A stretch of DNA of 64,000 nt from assembly GCA_948471205.1 (NCBI GenBank), contig CAOKRT010000001.1:44518-108517 (forward strand), given 5' to 3'. Each line of letters opens with the position of its first letter. Position 1 is the stretch's first letter. Source of the stretch: an uncultured Oscillospiraceae bacterium (GTDB taxonomy: Bacteria; Bacillota; Clostridia; Oscillospirales; Acutalibacteraceae). The translations under genes were made by a program, and so were the position numbers. The notes under the pieces were generated by a model. The model did not search any database. It was given only the letters and a program-made list of their open reading frames with translations, and had not been told where the DNA came from. Of the stretch, positions 37,842-47,687 are shown piece by piece.

Positions 37842-39212
37842 ATGAAAAAAATTTTAGCACTGCTTATGGCAGTATTGTTTGTTTTTGGTGTATATTATGT
37901 AATAGACGGCACTTCTTTTAATGAACTTGTTTCATTTTCATCAAATACTGCTTCTGTTACAGTTGAAAGATACAGCAACAGAAAATTTGAAAGTGTACAG
38001 AATTTTGATGAAATTGCGTTTAAATATGAAGATGTCATTGATGAAATTTCAAAGGGCTATGAAAAGCACAGCAATTCCATTAGTTTAAAACAATATAAAA
38101 TTTCTGTTGATGAGTTAAAAACAATTGCAGAGTATTTAAGTATTAATAACGGATATTACTATGTTAAAAATGGTTACAGTTTTTATGAAAACGGAGAATA
38201 TGTTGTGAATATGTGTCCGTCTTATATCTACAGTGCCGAAGAAACTGCAAAATATAATGCACAAATTAATGATGCTGTCAACAAAATTGTGCAGGAAGCA
38301 CTGCAGTTTAAAACAGATATTGAACGGCTGCTTTATGTGCATGATTATATTGTTGACAATATTCAATATGATGAAAGCAATAGCAACAACAATAATATTT
38401 ACGGTGCACTGGTGCTGAAAAATACAATGTGTATAGGATATTCCGAAGCCTTCAGCCGTATTGCAAACAAGATGGGATATAAAACATATGTAGTATCCAG
38501 TGAAGAACTGAAGCATGCGTGGAATATGGTGCTGCTGGATGGCTGCTATTACTTTGTTGACTGCACGTGGGATGATCCGGTATTTTCTGAAATTTATTTA
38601 TCCTCTGATCCGATTTCGGGATATGGCTGCTATAAATATTTTATGTGTTCAGAAAAACTGTTCCGTTCAGGTGAGCATAATGCTTCAGACTGGGAAATAA
38701 ACGGCTCAGACATTAAAGGAACTGCATTATCGGATATATATGATCAGTATTTCTGGCGTGATTATGAATCTCTTATGCGGCATTCAAACGGAAGCTGGTT
38801 TCATGATTATGGTTATGGAGAGGAAAATGTAAGTTCGGTTAAAGATGTTAAGTTTTCAATAGACCGAATTTTGTTTAAAGATAATGTAAATTGTGATGTT
38901 AAAATAGTAAGAACCATAAACACCTGCTGGAAAACAGGGATCATGTTTTATCTTTGTTTTGATTCTACGCTTCAAAGCTATAATAATGCTGTTTATTATA
39001 TGAAAGCAGACGGTATTTATAAATTAACAGACGGCGGCAGATTTAACGGAAAAGATGATTTGCTGGTTTTTAAAAATACAACAGATGAAAATATTTATGA
39101 TTTTGATATTGATGCCGGTAAAGGCAAATTTAAAGTGGTGTATGGCAGCACAGATGAGAATACAGAAAAGAATTCTTCGGAAGTTGATTACAATATTGCA
39201 GATTATTTTTAA
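37842..39212 (+). CDS. secreted/anchored transglutaminase-like cysteine peptidase domain protein
   Basis: N-terminal hydrophobic anchor. The core CIGYSEAFSRI...HAWNMV...VDCTWDD gives the Cys-His-Asp triad pattern of the transglutaminase-like fold. Confidence 0.7.
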   Translation: MKKILALLMAVLFVFGVYYVIDGTSFNELVSFSSNTASVTVERYSNRKFESVQNFDEIAFKYEDVIDEISKGYEKHSNSISLKQYKISVDELKTIAEYLSINNGYYYVKNGYSFYENGEYVVNMCPSYIYSAEETAKYNAQINDAVNKIVQEALQFKTDIERLLYVHDYIVDNIQYDESNSNNNNIYGALVLKNTMCIGYSEAFSRIANKMGYKTYVVSSEELKHAWNMVLLDGCYYFVDCTWDDPVFSEIYLSSDPISGYGCYKYFMCSEKLFRSGEHNASDWEINGSDIKGTALSDIYDQYFWRDYESLMRHSNGSWFHDYGYGEENVSSVKDVKFSIDRILFKDNVNCDVKIVRTINTCWKTGIMFYLCFDSTLQSYNNAVYYMKADGIYKLTDGGRFNGKDDLLVFKNTTDENIYDFDIDAGKGKFKVVYGSTDENTEKNSSEVDYNIADYF

Positions 39213-39229
39213 AAATTTTAAAATTTGTG

Positions 39230-39257
39230 TTGACATTCAGTCACAATGTGATATAAT
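39230..39257 (+). promoter_or_regulatory. promoter of the perR-rubrerythrin unit
   Basis: TTGACA (39230-39235), a 16-nt spacer, then TATAAT (39252-39257). Confidence 0.7.
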
Positions 39258-39296
39258 TAGATTGTAATCAATACAATCTAATTATTGTTACAATAA
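39257..39296. promoter_or_regulatory. putative Fur/PerR operator(s)
   Basis: A perfect 10-5-10 inverted repeat, TTAGATTGTA-atcaa-TACAATCTAA (39257-39281), abuts the -10. It is followed by a 7-1-7 palindrome, TTATTGT-t-ACAATAA (39282-39296). Confidence 0.6.
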
Positions 39297-39309
39297 AGGC
39301 GGTGCAAAA

Positions 39310-39714
39310 ATGAAAACAGAAGAAATTGTGTTGCTTTTCAAGCAAAAAAATTTTCGTGCCACGCCTCAGCGAATTGCTGTTTATAATTATGTTTTTGAAA
39401 ACAGAAATCATCCGGATGTTATATCTGTTTATGAAAATGTGAAAAAGCAATATCCTGCATTTTCAAAAACAACCGTATATAATGCGCTTAAAGCTTTGGA
39501 ACAATCCGGTTTTATTATTCCTGTTTCAATTGATGGCGAAAGAATCCGCTATGATGCCGATACCAAGCTTCACGGTCATTTTTATTGCAGTGTTTGTAAA
39601 AATATTTATGATTTTAAAACGGAACAGCCGCATGTCAGCGGACTGGACGGCTTTTTCGTGAAAAATAAAGATGTATATTACAGCGGCATTTGTCCTTGCT
39701 GTAAAGATAAATAA
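39310..39714 (+). CDS. perR: Fur-family regulator, PerR-like
   Basis: ATPQRIAVYNYV winged-helix region, HGHFYCSVCKNIYDF, and C-terminal CPCC (two CxxC pairs forming a structural Zn site). Directly upstream of rubrerythrin. Confidence 0.8.
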   Translation: MKTEEIVLLFKQKNFRATPQRIAVYNYVFENRNHPDVISVYENVKKQYPAFSKTTVYNALKALEQSGFIIPVSIDGERIRYDADTKLHGHFYCSVCKNIYDFKTEQPHVSGLDGFFVKNKDVYYSGICPCCKDK

Positions 39715-39738
39715 AATTTTAATAAGGAGTAATTTATT

Positions 39739-40275
39739 ATGGCAAAAAAGTATTATTGTCCGGTATGCGGATATGAAAGTGACGAACCAATTGAAATCTG
39801 CCCGGTTTGCAAGGCAAAGATGGCTGTTCGTGAAAATGAAGGCGAACTTGCATGGGCTGCAGAACATGTTGTAGGTATCACAGAGGGCGTTTCGGACGAA
39901 ATCGTTCAGGGTCTTCGCGATAACTTTAACGGCGAATGCAGTGAGGTTGGTATGTACCTTGCAATGTCCAGAGTTGCTTTCAGAGAAGGTTATCCGGAAA
40001 TCGGTATGTATTGGGAAAAGGCTGCTTATGAAGAGGCTGACCATGCTGCAAGATTTGCAGAAATGCTTGGTGAAGTTGTTACCAACTCAACAAAGAAAAA
40101 CCTTGAAATGCGCGTTGCAGCAGAAAACGGTGCAACAATGGGTAAAACAGAGCTTGCAAAGCTTGCTAAGGCAGACGGTCTTGATGCTATTCACGATTCC
40201 GTTCATGAAATGGCAAGAGATGAAGCAAGACACGGTAAAGCATTTGAGGGTCTGTTAAAGAGATATTTCGGTTAA
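39739..40275 (+). CDS. rbr: reverse rubrerythrin (N-terminal rubredoxin-like domain plus ferritin-like di-iron domain)
   Basis: CPVCGY...CPVCKA at the N-terminus. Di-iron helices follow, with ExxH motifs ([14 protein letters not shown]; [13 protein letters not shown]). Confidence 0.85.
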   Translation: MAKKYYCPVCGYESDEPIEICPVCKAKMAVRENEGELAWAAEHVVGITEGVSDEIVQGLRDNFNGECSEVGMYLAMSRVAFREGYPEIGMYWEKAAYEEADHAARFAEMLGEVVTNSTKKNLEMRVAAENGATMGKTELAKLAKADGLDAIHDSVHEMARDEARHGKAFEGLLKRYFG

Positions 40276-40309
40276 TCGGAAATACTGTAAAATCATTTTT
40301 TGAGGATTT

Positions 40310-40347
40310 AAGGGTATGTTGGAGCAATCCGGCATACTCTTATTTTT
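40310..40347 (+). terminator. intrinsic terminator after rubrerythrin
   Basis: AAGGGTATG (40310-40318) pairs with CATACTCTT (40333-40341), with one G-U pair. Followed by ATTTTTT. Confidence 0.6.
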
Positions 40348-40394
40348 TACAAAAGATTATATCTAAAAATATGTTTCAATTTATAATTTCATTG

Positions 40395-40431
40395 CAAAAA
40401 GCGTACGGGATTTCATTTTCCGTACGCTTTT
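40395..40431 (-). terminator. intrinsic terminator after the EEP gene
   Basis: AAAAGCGTACGG (40397-40408) pairs with CCGTACGCTTTT (40420-40431). On the minus strand the hairpin is followed by a T tract. Confidence 0.7.
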
Positions 40432-40451
40432 CTTCATTTTTATATATTCAT

Positions 40452-41333
40452 TTATTCAGCAAATGAAATATCCGCCATAATTCCGTTATGGTCGCTTACA
40501 TAGCCGTTTGATGTATCGTCAAGCACCTGGTATTTTGAAACCGGAATATTTTTATCTGTAAAGATGAAGTCAATCGGTTTTCCGGAATTAACATCACCCC
40601 AACCCTGATAAGTGGTTTTGGTTTCGGTTTGCTTGGCAGCAAGTCTTGTTTCCTGCATGATTTCTGCAATTGTATTATAAGCAATCATACCTTCAAATTC
40701 ATTAAAATCGCCGGACAGAACAATCGGTACATTGTAAAGCGAATGAAGCTCATCTATTTTTTCGGCAATTACCGTTGCACCGTAGTTTGCAGCTTCTTCG
40801 CTTGCATTATCAAGATGGGTGTTCATATGAATATATTTTTCGCCTGTTTCTTTGTTTGAAAGCAGAACCCATGTGCATACTCGGTGACAGCCTGCTCCCT
40901 CGTATCTGCTTTCCTTATCAGGTGTTTTTGAAAGCCAGAAGGTATCTTTTTTTTCGGCTGTATATTTTTCTTTAAGCCAGAAAACAGCGTTCATTTCTGA
41001 TTTTCTTTCGCTGTCATCTCCGCCTCTGATTACACCGTATGAATCATAATCACTTAAAGTTGAAGCAAGCTCATCAAGCCATTCCTGGTTCATTTCCTGT
41101 GTTCCGATTGAATCGGGCTTTACAGCATTCATATAGGCAGCAAATTTCTTTACTCTTGCAGAAGAACCGGTGCCTTTCATTATATTTCCCCATGGGGCAG
41201 CACAGTTGAAGGAAACAATTCTTATATTGCCGTTTTCCGGTGCATCAAATGCGGAAAATTCTGTTTTTGAACAGCCTGCAATCATGGCAATAATTAGAAT
41301 TGCCGAAAGAATAAGAAGTATTTTTTTCTTCAT
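40452..41333 (-). CDS. endonuclease/exonuclease/phosphatase (EEP) family lipoprotein
   Basis: Lipobox IAGCS. Motifs IVSFN, GTQEM, NTHLD, SGDFNE and SDHNGI. Confidence 0.82.
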   Translation of the reverse strand: MKKKILLILSAILIIAMIAGCSKTEFSAFDAPENGNIRIVSFNCAAPWGNIMKGTGSSARVKKFAAYMNAVKPDSIGTQEMNQEWLDELASTLSDYDSYGVIRGGDDSERKSEMNAVFWLKEKYTAEKKDTFWLSKTPDKESRYEGAGCHRVCTWVLLSNKETGEKYIHMNTHLDNASEEAANYGATVIAEKIDELHSLYNVPIVLSGDFNEFEGMIAYNTIAEIMQETRLAAKQTETKTTYQGWGDVNSGKPIDFIFTDKNIPVSKYQVLDDTSNGYVSDHNGIMADISFAE

Positions 41334-41526
41334 AACATAAACACGCCCTTTTTCTGATTTTTGTAGAATAACAGAATATTTAGTATATTCATTAAATTTA
41401 TTATACTATCTATTGTTATTGTCAATCAAGAAACAAAACAGTTACAAAATTTGTTGAAAGTACCTTATTGTTTCTGTTTTTTATATATTTTATTTGTGAA
41501 TATGTATTTTATGCAGACATATAATA

Positions 41527-41558
41527 ATAAAAGCCTTTTCTCCACGGAAAAGGCTTTC
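41527..41558 (-). terminator. intrinsic terminator after the metallophosphoesterase gene
   Basis: AAAGCCTTTTC (41530-41540) pairs with GAAAAGGCTTT (41547-41557). A U-rich tract follows on the minus strand. Confidence 0.7.
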
Positions 41559-41607
41559 ATTGTATACAATATTAAAATCAAAAAGATGTAAAAGTTCAAA
41601 AAATAAA

Positions 41608-42285
41608 TTATTTTATTTCATGTATTTTCGTAAATACGGCTGTCATTTTTTTGCTTATCGGCAAATCTGTATGAAGCGATCCGAAATACCAGTGATAGTA
41701 ATCAACGTCCTTCATAAGCTCCTGGAGATAGGTATTAAGCGGTGTAAGCTGGACAACGCTGTTTGTGTGCAGTTTAATGAAATCTTTTGCGATGGCAGGA
41801 GCTTCATATGTTAAAATATAATTTACCTTGTATTCGGCATCTCTTAAATTATCGCATGCGTTTTTTATCTCTTCTTCATTCGGCATTTCATCTTTCCACC
41901 AGGAAATGCCTTCTTTTCTCATATTACGGTCTTCGCTTTCGCCGCCGCCCATAATGAAAAAGGTTTTACTGTCAAAAGTGAAAATTTCGCCGCGCATCAG
42001 ATGAAAAATATTTTTAGCAATTTTATGCGCATTTCCGCCTTTCCATCTGTAAGGGGTATAGGCGTTCAGCATGTCAAAATTTTCGTGTGCTCCGTCCACA
42101 AAACAGATGGTGTACTTTTTGCTTTTTAATATTTCAAGATTTTTCTTTTCTTCTTCACTTTCGGGATTCCATAAAAAACCGAAGTCACCGCACACAATAA
42201 GATAATCCTTTTCGCCAAGCTTTTTCAAAGCAGGGTTTTTAAAAACAGAAATATCCCCGTGTGTATCACCTGTAATATAAATCAT
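41608..42285 (-). CDS. calcineurin-like metallophosphoesterase
   Basis: Motifs MIYITGDTHGD, IVCGDFGF and VDGAHENF. I place the start at ATG 42285, after AGGTGA; the track's GTG start lies inside the Shine-Dalgarno. Confidence 0.82.
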   Translation of the reverse strand: MIYITGDTHGDISVFKNPALKKLGEKDYLIVCGDFGFLWNPESEEEKKNLEILKSKKYTICFVDGAHENFDMLNAYTPYRWKGGNAHKIAKNIFHLMRGEIFTFDSKTFFIMGGGESEDRNMRKEGISWWKDEMPNEEEIKNACDNLRDAEYKVNYILTYEAPAIAKDFIKLHTNSVVQLTPLNTYLQELMKDVDYYHWYFGSLHTDLPISKKMTAVFTKIHEIK

Positions 42286-42443
42286 TGTTTTCACCTAAAA
42301 AATTTACAAATTACACTTTTATTTCGTCGATAAAAGTGTTAAACTATTGCTGAAATTACGAAAAAAGCAAAGTGTTTGCCGCAAGTCCGGCAAGGCTGCT
42401 TTCTTAATATATAATATATTCAATTTTAAAAGGTGTCAAGTAT

Positions 42444-43868
42444 ATGAAAAAAACAATTAAAATGATTATATCCTTTTCTTTAATATTTATTATTCTGCTG
42501 TCTTCCTTTACATCTTACGGTGCGGTTTATACTCCGGATGTAGAGCTTTATTCCAAATCATATCTTCTTGTTAATCTGGATGACAATTCATATCCGGTTG
42601 TTGCGCAGAAAAATGCGGATGAAAGAATGTATCCGGCTTCTCTTACAAAAATTGTTACGGCAATGGTAACTCTGAATAAAATTGATAATTTGGGGCTGAC
42701 TACTGCTATGTCGCAGGAGGCATATGATGTTTTGCTCGGAACCGGGGCACAGATTGCAGGTCTTAAAGTAGGCGAAGTTCTCAGTGTGGAACAGCTTCTT
42801 TATTTAACCCTTGTTCATTCTGCCTGTGATGCAAGTGAAATTCTTGCCGAATATGTTGCCGGCAGCCGCGAAAATTTTGTGGTAATGATGAATGAATATG
42901 CAAAATCGCTTGGCTGTGAAAATACAAATTTTACAAATCCGGACGGTTTGCCGGACAGCAATCAGTATTCCACGGCAAATGATTTGCTGAAAATTTCACT
43001 AGATGCATTAAAAAATGATACATTTATGAAAATTGCTACAACCGTTCGGTATGAATATAACGGAATGATGTATTATCATACAAATCTTATGCTTCAGCCC
43101 GGTTATGTATCTTATTATTATCCGTATGCCCAGGGCATTAAAACCGGCTCTACAACGGATGCGGGCTATTGTGTTATAACCAAGGCAAGCAAGGACGGAT
43201 ATAATTATCTTGCCATTGTGCTCGGAGCACCTGTTATAGATTACAATAAAGACGGCTATCAGGAAAAATGCTCGTTTATTGACGCGGCTTCTTTGTTTAA
43301 ATGGGCATTTAATACACTGAAATTCAGCACCATTTTTGAAGAAGGCGAAATTGTTTCAGAGGTTGCGGTTAAAAACGGAAAAAGCGCTGATTCCGTTCAG
43401 CTTGTTGCAGATAAAAAAATAAATTCTATTGTAAAATCAAGTTTTGATAAATCAACTGCGATTATTCAGGTGGTTGATAAGCCGGAAGAAATTTCAGCTC
43501 CTGTAAAAAAGGGCGAGGCAGTGTGCAAGGCAAATGTGGTTTTCGGTGAAGAGGTGGTAGCCGAAATTGATCTTGTGGCGGCACAGGATATTGAGCTTTC
43601 AACTTTTCTTACAATCATAAATGCCGTGAAAGGATTTTTTTCATTAACCATTGTTAAAATAGTGCTGATTGCAGTTATTCTGTTTGCGGCAGTTTATCTG
43701 ATACTTGTGTTTAATAATCTTAAAAAAGGTAAAAACAGAAAGCAAAGCCGTGACAGTCATTACAGAGACGGAGAAAGAAACAGGCAAAAAAACAGATATT
43801 ACAGAGCAGACAGAAACAGCGGAAACGATGACGACTATTTGCCCCCGCCGGCACCGAAGATGAAATAA
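42444..43868 (+). CDS. serine-type D-Ala-D-Ala carboxypeptidase (peptidase S11, low-MW PBP)
   Basis: Signal peptide. SLTK (SxxK) in PASLTKIVTA, SAC (SxN-like position), KTGST (KTG). C-terminal TM anchor and a basic tail. Confidence 0.85.
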   Translation: MKKTIKMIISFSLIFIILLSSFTSYGAVYTPDVELYSKSYLLVNLDDNSYPVVAQKNADERMYPASLTKIVTAMVTLNKIDNLGLTTAMSQEAYDVLLGTGAQIAGLKVGEVLSVEQLLYLTLVHSACDASEILAEYVAGSRENFVVMMNEYAKSLGCENTNFTNPDGLPDSNQYSTANDLLKISLDALKNDTFMKIATTVRYEYNGMMYYHTNLMLQPGYVSYYYPYAQGIKTGSTTDAGYCVITKASKDGYNYLAIVLGAPVIDYNKDGYQEKCSFIDAASLFKWAFNTLKFSTIFEEGEIVSEVAVKNGKSADSVQLVADKKINSIVKSSFDKSTAIIQVVDKPEEISAPVKKGEAVCKANVVFGEEVVAEIDLVAAQDIELSTFLTIINAVKGFFSLTIVKIVLIAVILFAAVYLILVFNNLKKGKNRKQSRDSHYRDGERNRQKNRYYRADRNSGNDDDYLPPPAPKMK

Positions 43869-43928
43869 ATCTAAAATTGACGAATTATGTTTTTTTGTGT
43901 ATAATATTCACAAAACGGGGGTTTTGTG

Positions 43929-44363
43929 ATGAAGGAGAAAACAAAAAGAACAGATTTTGCTGAAAAAATTATTGCATTACGCCGGAAAAAAGGGTTTAAT
44001 GCAAAACAGGCCGCCGAAGCATTAGATATAGATTATCAGAATTACAGAAAATATGAAACGGTTATACTTCCCAAGGCGGAAATTTATATAAAAATTGCAG
44101 ATTATTACAATGTTTCCGTTGATTATCTTATGGGAAGAAAAGGTGCTGATTATGCTTTTGGCGTTTTGGATAGCGGTATGACCGATGAAAACGGCGAAAA
44201 GATTTTAATCCGTCAGAACAGAAAAAATTATAATGTTGTTGACAGGGATTTAGGCGAGCTGTCGGAATTTGAAATTATGACAATAAAAAAAATCCGTGCT
44301 ATTTCGAGCGAGGACAGAACGGATGTTGCAAAATATCTGAATTCAAAAAAAGATATGCAATAG
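43929..44363 (+). CDS. XRE-family HTH domain protein
   Basis: FAEKIIALRRKKGFNAKQAAEALDIDYQNYRKYE is a Cro/C1 HTH. ATG 43929 lies 7 nt after GGGGG. Confidence 0.8.
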   Translation: MKEKTKRTDFAEKIIALRRKKGFNAKQAAEALDIDYQNYRKYETVILPKAEIYIKIADYYNVSVDYLMGRKGADYAFGVLDSGMTDENGEKILIRQNRKNYNVVDRDLGELSEFEIMTIKKIRAISSEDRTDVAKYLNSKKDMQ

Positions 44364-44376
44364 CAGGTATTTATAC

Positions 44377-44417
44377 AAAAACAGCAGTGATAACCTTGGT
44401 TATCACTGCTGTTTTTT
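44377..44417. terminator. bidirectional terminator
   Basis: Long perfect palindrome AAAACAGCAGTGATAACC/GGTTATCACTGCTGTTTT between convergent genes. Confidence 0.85.
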
Positions 44418-44440
44418 ATTGCAATTGTTAAATCTGTTTA

Positions 44441-45208
44441 TTATAGATTATACAGCCTTTTTGCGTTTTCTGCTGTAATATCCAATAATTCCTGTGTGTT
44501 CATTCCAAGCTCTTCTGCAATACGTTCGGCAATATGAACAATAAGCGAGGAATCATTTCTTCTGCCTCTTTTCGGTTCAGGTGCAAGATACGGACAGTCC
44601 GTTTCAAGAACAAGCCGTTCAAGCGGTATGGCATGCACAACTTCTAAACTTTTTCTTGCGTTTTTAAAGGTTACAACGCCGTTTAAGCCTATATACATAC
44701 CAAGCCCGATAATTTCTTTTGCCATTTCTTTTGAACCGGAAAAACAGTGCACAACGCCGGATGGTTTTGTACTTTTCAGAATATCCAGTGTGTCCTTATG
44801 CGCCTCACGGTCATGAACAATAACAGGTAGGTTCAGTTGTTTTGCCGTTTCTATCTGTGCTGTAAAAAATTCCTTTTGTTTTTCACGGCTGCTGCTCATC
44901 CAGTGATAATCTAATCCGATTTCACCTACCGCAACACATTTTTTATTTTCCGCATAGGTTGTAATTGCATGAACCGCTTCGGATAAATCCGTATTTTCAA
45001 GGCATTCGGGATGAAAGCCTGCTGCAAAATAAAAATAATCGTATTTACAGGCAAGCTGTTTATTAAATTCGGTTGTTTCAATATCACAGCCGCAGCTTAC
45101 TATTTTGCAGACTCCGTTGTTTTTTAGATTTTCTAAAAGAAAATCCCTGTCTGCATCAAATTGCCTGTCATCATAATGGCTGTGCGTGTCAAATATATTT
45201 CTGTACAT
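44441..45208 (-). CDS. tatD: TatD-family metal-dependent hydrolase
   Basis: Motifs FDTHSH, GEIGLDYHW, VIVHDREAH, HCFSG and ETDCPYL. TAATG overlap with the metG stop. Confidence 0.9.
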   Translation of the reverse strand: MYRNIFDTHSHYDDRQFDADRDFLLENLKNNGVCKIVSCGCDIETTEFNKQLACKYDYFYFAAGFHPECLENTDLSEAVHAITTYAENKKCVAVGEIGLDYHWMSSSREKQKEFFTAQIETAKQLNLPVIVHDREAHKDTLDILKSTKPSGVVHCFSGSKEMAKEIIGLGMYIGLNGVVTFKNARKSLEVVHAIPLERLVLETDCPYLAPEPKRGRRNDSSLIVHIAERIAEELGMNTQELLDITAENAKRLYNL

Positions 45209-47154
45209 TATCTTAACTGTGTGCCCGGTTCCATTCCGTCAACAAATGCAACACAAACGCTGCCGTCTTCTGTATCGCCGGCAAGAAGCATTCCATAGCT
45301 CATTTCTCCGCAGAGTTTGGCAGGTTTCAGATTTGCAGCTATGATAACGGATTTTCCGATTAAATCTTCGGGTTTATACCATTGCGAAATGCCGGAAACA
45401 ATTTGTCTTGGTTTTGCCGTTCCGTCATTTACCTGCAGTTTAAGAAGCTTTTTAGCTTTTTTTATGGGTTCACATTCAAGTATTTTGGCAACACGCAGTT
45501 CAACCTTTGTAAAATCATCAAATACAATTTCAGGAAGCTGAACAGGTTCTGCTTTTTTAGAAGTCTCTGCTTCGTCCATTTGTTTTTGAATAAGCGAATT
45601 AAGCTCTTCGATTTCCTTTTCCACATCAATTCTCGGGAAAAGGGCAGGGCCTTTTTTCACAGTTACATCAAGCGGAAGAACGCCTATTTTTCCTGCATTT
45701 TCATAGGTTATAAGGTTTTCGGGGGCACCTATCTGTTCCCAAACCTTTGGCATGGTTGAAGGCATAAAGCAGGAAAGCAGGGTTGTGCTTATACGGATTG
45801 CTTCTAAAAGATTATAAAGAACACTGGAAAGACGTGCTTTTTTGCTTTCATCCTTTCCTAAAATCCACGGTGTTGTTTCATCAATATATTTATTTGCTCT
45901 TGAAATTACCTTGAATATTTCGGCAAGTGCATTGTTAAGCTGTGTATCGTCAATGAATTTATCTGTTTTCGAACGAAGGGATGTCATCATTTCAATAAGT
46001 TCATCATCAGCCGCGTCGATTTCTCTGTCTGCCGGAAGTGTGCCGCCAAAATATTTTTCAACCATTGCAACGGTTCTGGAAACAAGGTTTCCCAAATCAT
46101 TTGCAAGATCTGAATTGATACGGTTTATCATGATTTCATTGGAAAATGAACTGTCTGCTCCAAGCGCCATTTCTCTTAAAATATGGTATCTTATTGCATC
46201 GCATCCGTATCTTTCACCAAGAATAAACGGGTCTACAACATTACCGATTGATTTGGACATTTTCTGACCGTTGAAAGTAATCCATCCATGCACTGCAAGG
46301 TGGTTTGGAAGCGGTAGTTCCAGTGCCATAAGCATAGCAGGCCATATAATAGCGTGAAAGCGCATAATATCTTTTGCAACCATATGAACATCTGCCGGCC
46401 AGAATGTATCATAATCGCTGTAATTGCCGTTCTGATATCCAAGTGCACTGATATAGTTTGAAAGCGCGTCAATCCATACATAAACAACATGTTTTTCATC
46501 AAAACTTACAGGAATTCCCCACGTAAAGGATGTTCTTGAAACACAAAGATCCTCCAAACCGGGCTTTATGAAATTATTTACCAGTTCAACAGCTCTTGTT
46601 TTCGGCTGAAGATAATCTGTTTCCGTTAAAAGCTTTTCAATTCTTTCGGCAAAAGGAGCCATTTTAAAGAAGTATGCTTCCTCGGATGCTTCTGCAACAT
46701 CTCTGCCGCAGTCAGGGCACTTGCCGTCAACAAGCTGGCTTTCGGTCCAGAAACTTTCGCACGGCGTACAGTATTTTCCTGTATATTTTCCCTTATAGAT
46801 ATAGCCTTTGTCATACAGCTCTTTAAAAATTTTCTGCACGGTTTCTATATGATAATCGTCTGTTGTTCTGATATATCTGTCGTAGCTGATATTCATATAG
46901 CTCCAAAGTTTTTTGAAGGTTTCAACAATTTCATCAACATATGCTTTTGGGGAAATGCCTTTTTCAGCGGCTTTCTGTTCAATTTTAAGACCGTGTTCAT
47001 CTGTTCCGGTCAGAAACATAACCTCTTTGCCCTGCAAACGTCTGTATCTTGCGATTGAATCGCATGCAACGGTGGTATAACAATGACCTATATGCGGATT
47101 TCCTGAAGGATAATATATAGGCGTTGTAATATAAAATTTTTCTTTATTCGCCAT
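45208..47154 (-). CDS. metG: methionine--tRNA ligase with C-terminal tRNA-binding (EMAPII-like) domain
   Basis: HIGH-type motif (YPSGNPHIGH), KMSKS, and a zinc knuckle (CTPCESF...CPDCG). C-terminal VAKILECEP...KLLKLQV. Confidence 0.95.
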   Translation of the reverse strand: MANKEKFYITTPIYYPSGNPHIGHCYTTVACDSIARYRRLQGKEVMFLTGTDEHGLKIEQKAAEKGISPKAYVDEIVETFKKLWSYMNISYDRYIRTTDDYHIETVQKIFKELYDKGYIYKGKYTGKYCTPCESFWTESQLVDGKCPDCGRDVAEASEEAYFFKMAPFAERIEKLLTETDYLQPKTRAVELVNNFIKPGLEDLCVSRTSFTWGIPVSFDEKHVVYVWIDALSNYISALGYQNGNYSDYDTFWPADVHMVAKDIMRFHAIIWPAMLMALELPLPNHLAVHGWITFNGQKMSKSIGNVVDPFILGERYGCDAIRYHILREMALGADSSFSNEIMINRINSDLANDLGNLVSRTVAMVEKYFGGTLPADREIDAADDELIEMMTSLRSKTDKFIDDTQLNNALAEIFKVISRANKYIDETTPWILGKDESKKARLSSVLYNLLEAIRISTTLLSCFMPSTMPKVWEQIGAPENLITYENAGKIGVLPLDVTVKKGPALFPRIDVEKEIEELNSLIQKQMDEAETSKKAEPVQLPEIVFDDFTKVELRVAKILECEPIKKAKKLLKLQVNDGTAKPRQIVSGISQWYKPEDLIGKSVIIAANLKPAKLCGEMSYGMLLAGDTEDGSVCVAFVDGMEPGTQLR

Positions 47155-47174
47155 TTTAAATCTCCTGTTACGAA

Positions 47175-47669
47175 CTATACAAGATTAAATTCGGTTGTTT
47201 TATTTGTTTGTGCAAGTGTTTCTTCTGCTTTTCCGGTAGAAAGATTTACCTTTACCGTTGCATATAATTCACTGTTTTTTACTATGGTAAAGCTGTGAAA
47301 TCCTTCGCCTGAGGATGCCATATTAATTCTGCAGTCATTTCCGTATTTCTGTTTAAGAATATCAAAAGCATCCTGAACCGTTAACGGAAGCGCAGGATTG
47401 TATTCGCCGTCATTGCCGTCTGAATCGGAAGTCTGTGTTTCTGTATCAGCTTCGGAAGTGCTGCTGTTTTCTGCTTCGGTGATTTCTGTGTTGTTTTCAG
47501 AAATATTGCCTGCGGATTCTGAAACGGTAGTCTGCGGCTTTGTTTCGTCATTTGTATCGAACCAGCCCTGGGCATACAGGAAAACAACAACGGCTATGAT
47601 TAACAGAACTATAAAAATAATTGCGCTGAATATATTTTTTTTATTCTTATTTTTTCTTTTTTCTGCCAT
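47175..47669 (-). CDS. membrane-anchored hypothetical protein
   Basis: Basic N-terminus, one TM segment, an acidic S/T/E-rich linker and a small C-terminal globular domain. ATG 47669 is preferred over the track's TTG 47678. Confidence 0.55.
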   Translation of the reverse strand: MAEKRKNKNKKNIFSAIIFIVLLIIAVVVFLYAQGWFDTNDETKPQTTVSESAGNISENNTEITEAENSSTSEADTETQTSDSDGNDGEYNPALPLTVQDAFDILKQKYGNDCRINMASSGEGFHSFTIVKNSELYATVKVNLSTGKAEETLAQTNKTTEFNLV

Positions 47670-47687
47670 AATATCCAAAACCTTTCA

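Noticed and set aside
41334-41530. AT-rich 200-bp intergenic region with an AGAAACAA...TTGTTTCT dyad and a T-run, considered as a small RNA or terminator
   Set aside because: The loop would be about 38 nt. No plus-strand gene ends upstream. The region is more simply the promoter and 5' region of the minus-strand EEP gene.
41560-41814. 84-aa plus-strand ORF
   Set aside because: It overlaps the 3' end of the minus-strand metallophosphoesterase gene and its terminator. It has no motif and no Shine-Dalgarno.
42295-42443. Hairpins (CACTTTTAT...ATAAAAGTG; TTGCCG caagtc CGGCAA) upstream of the DD-carboxypeptidase gene, considered as a riboswitch
   Set aside because: The region is too short and I recognise no conserved riboswitch core. 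It is probably ordinary divergent-promoter or UTR structure.
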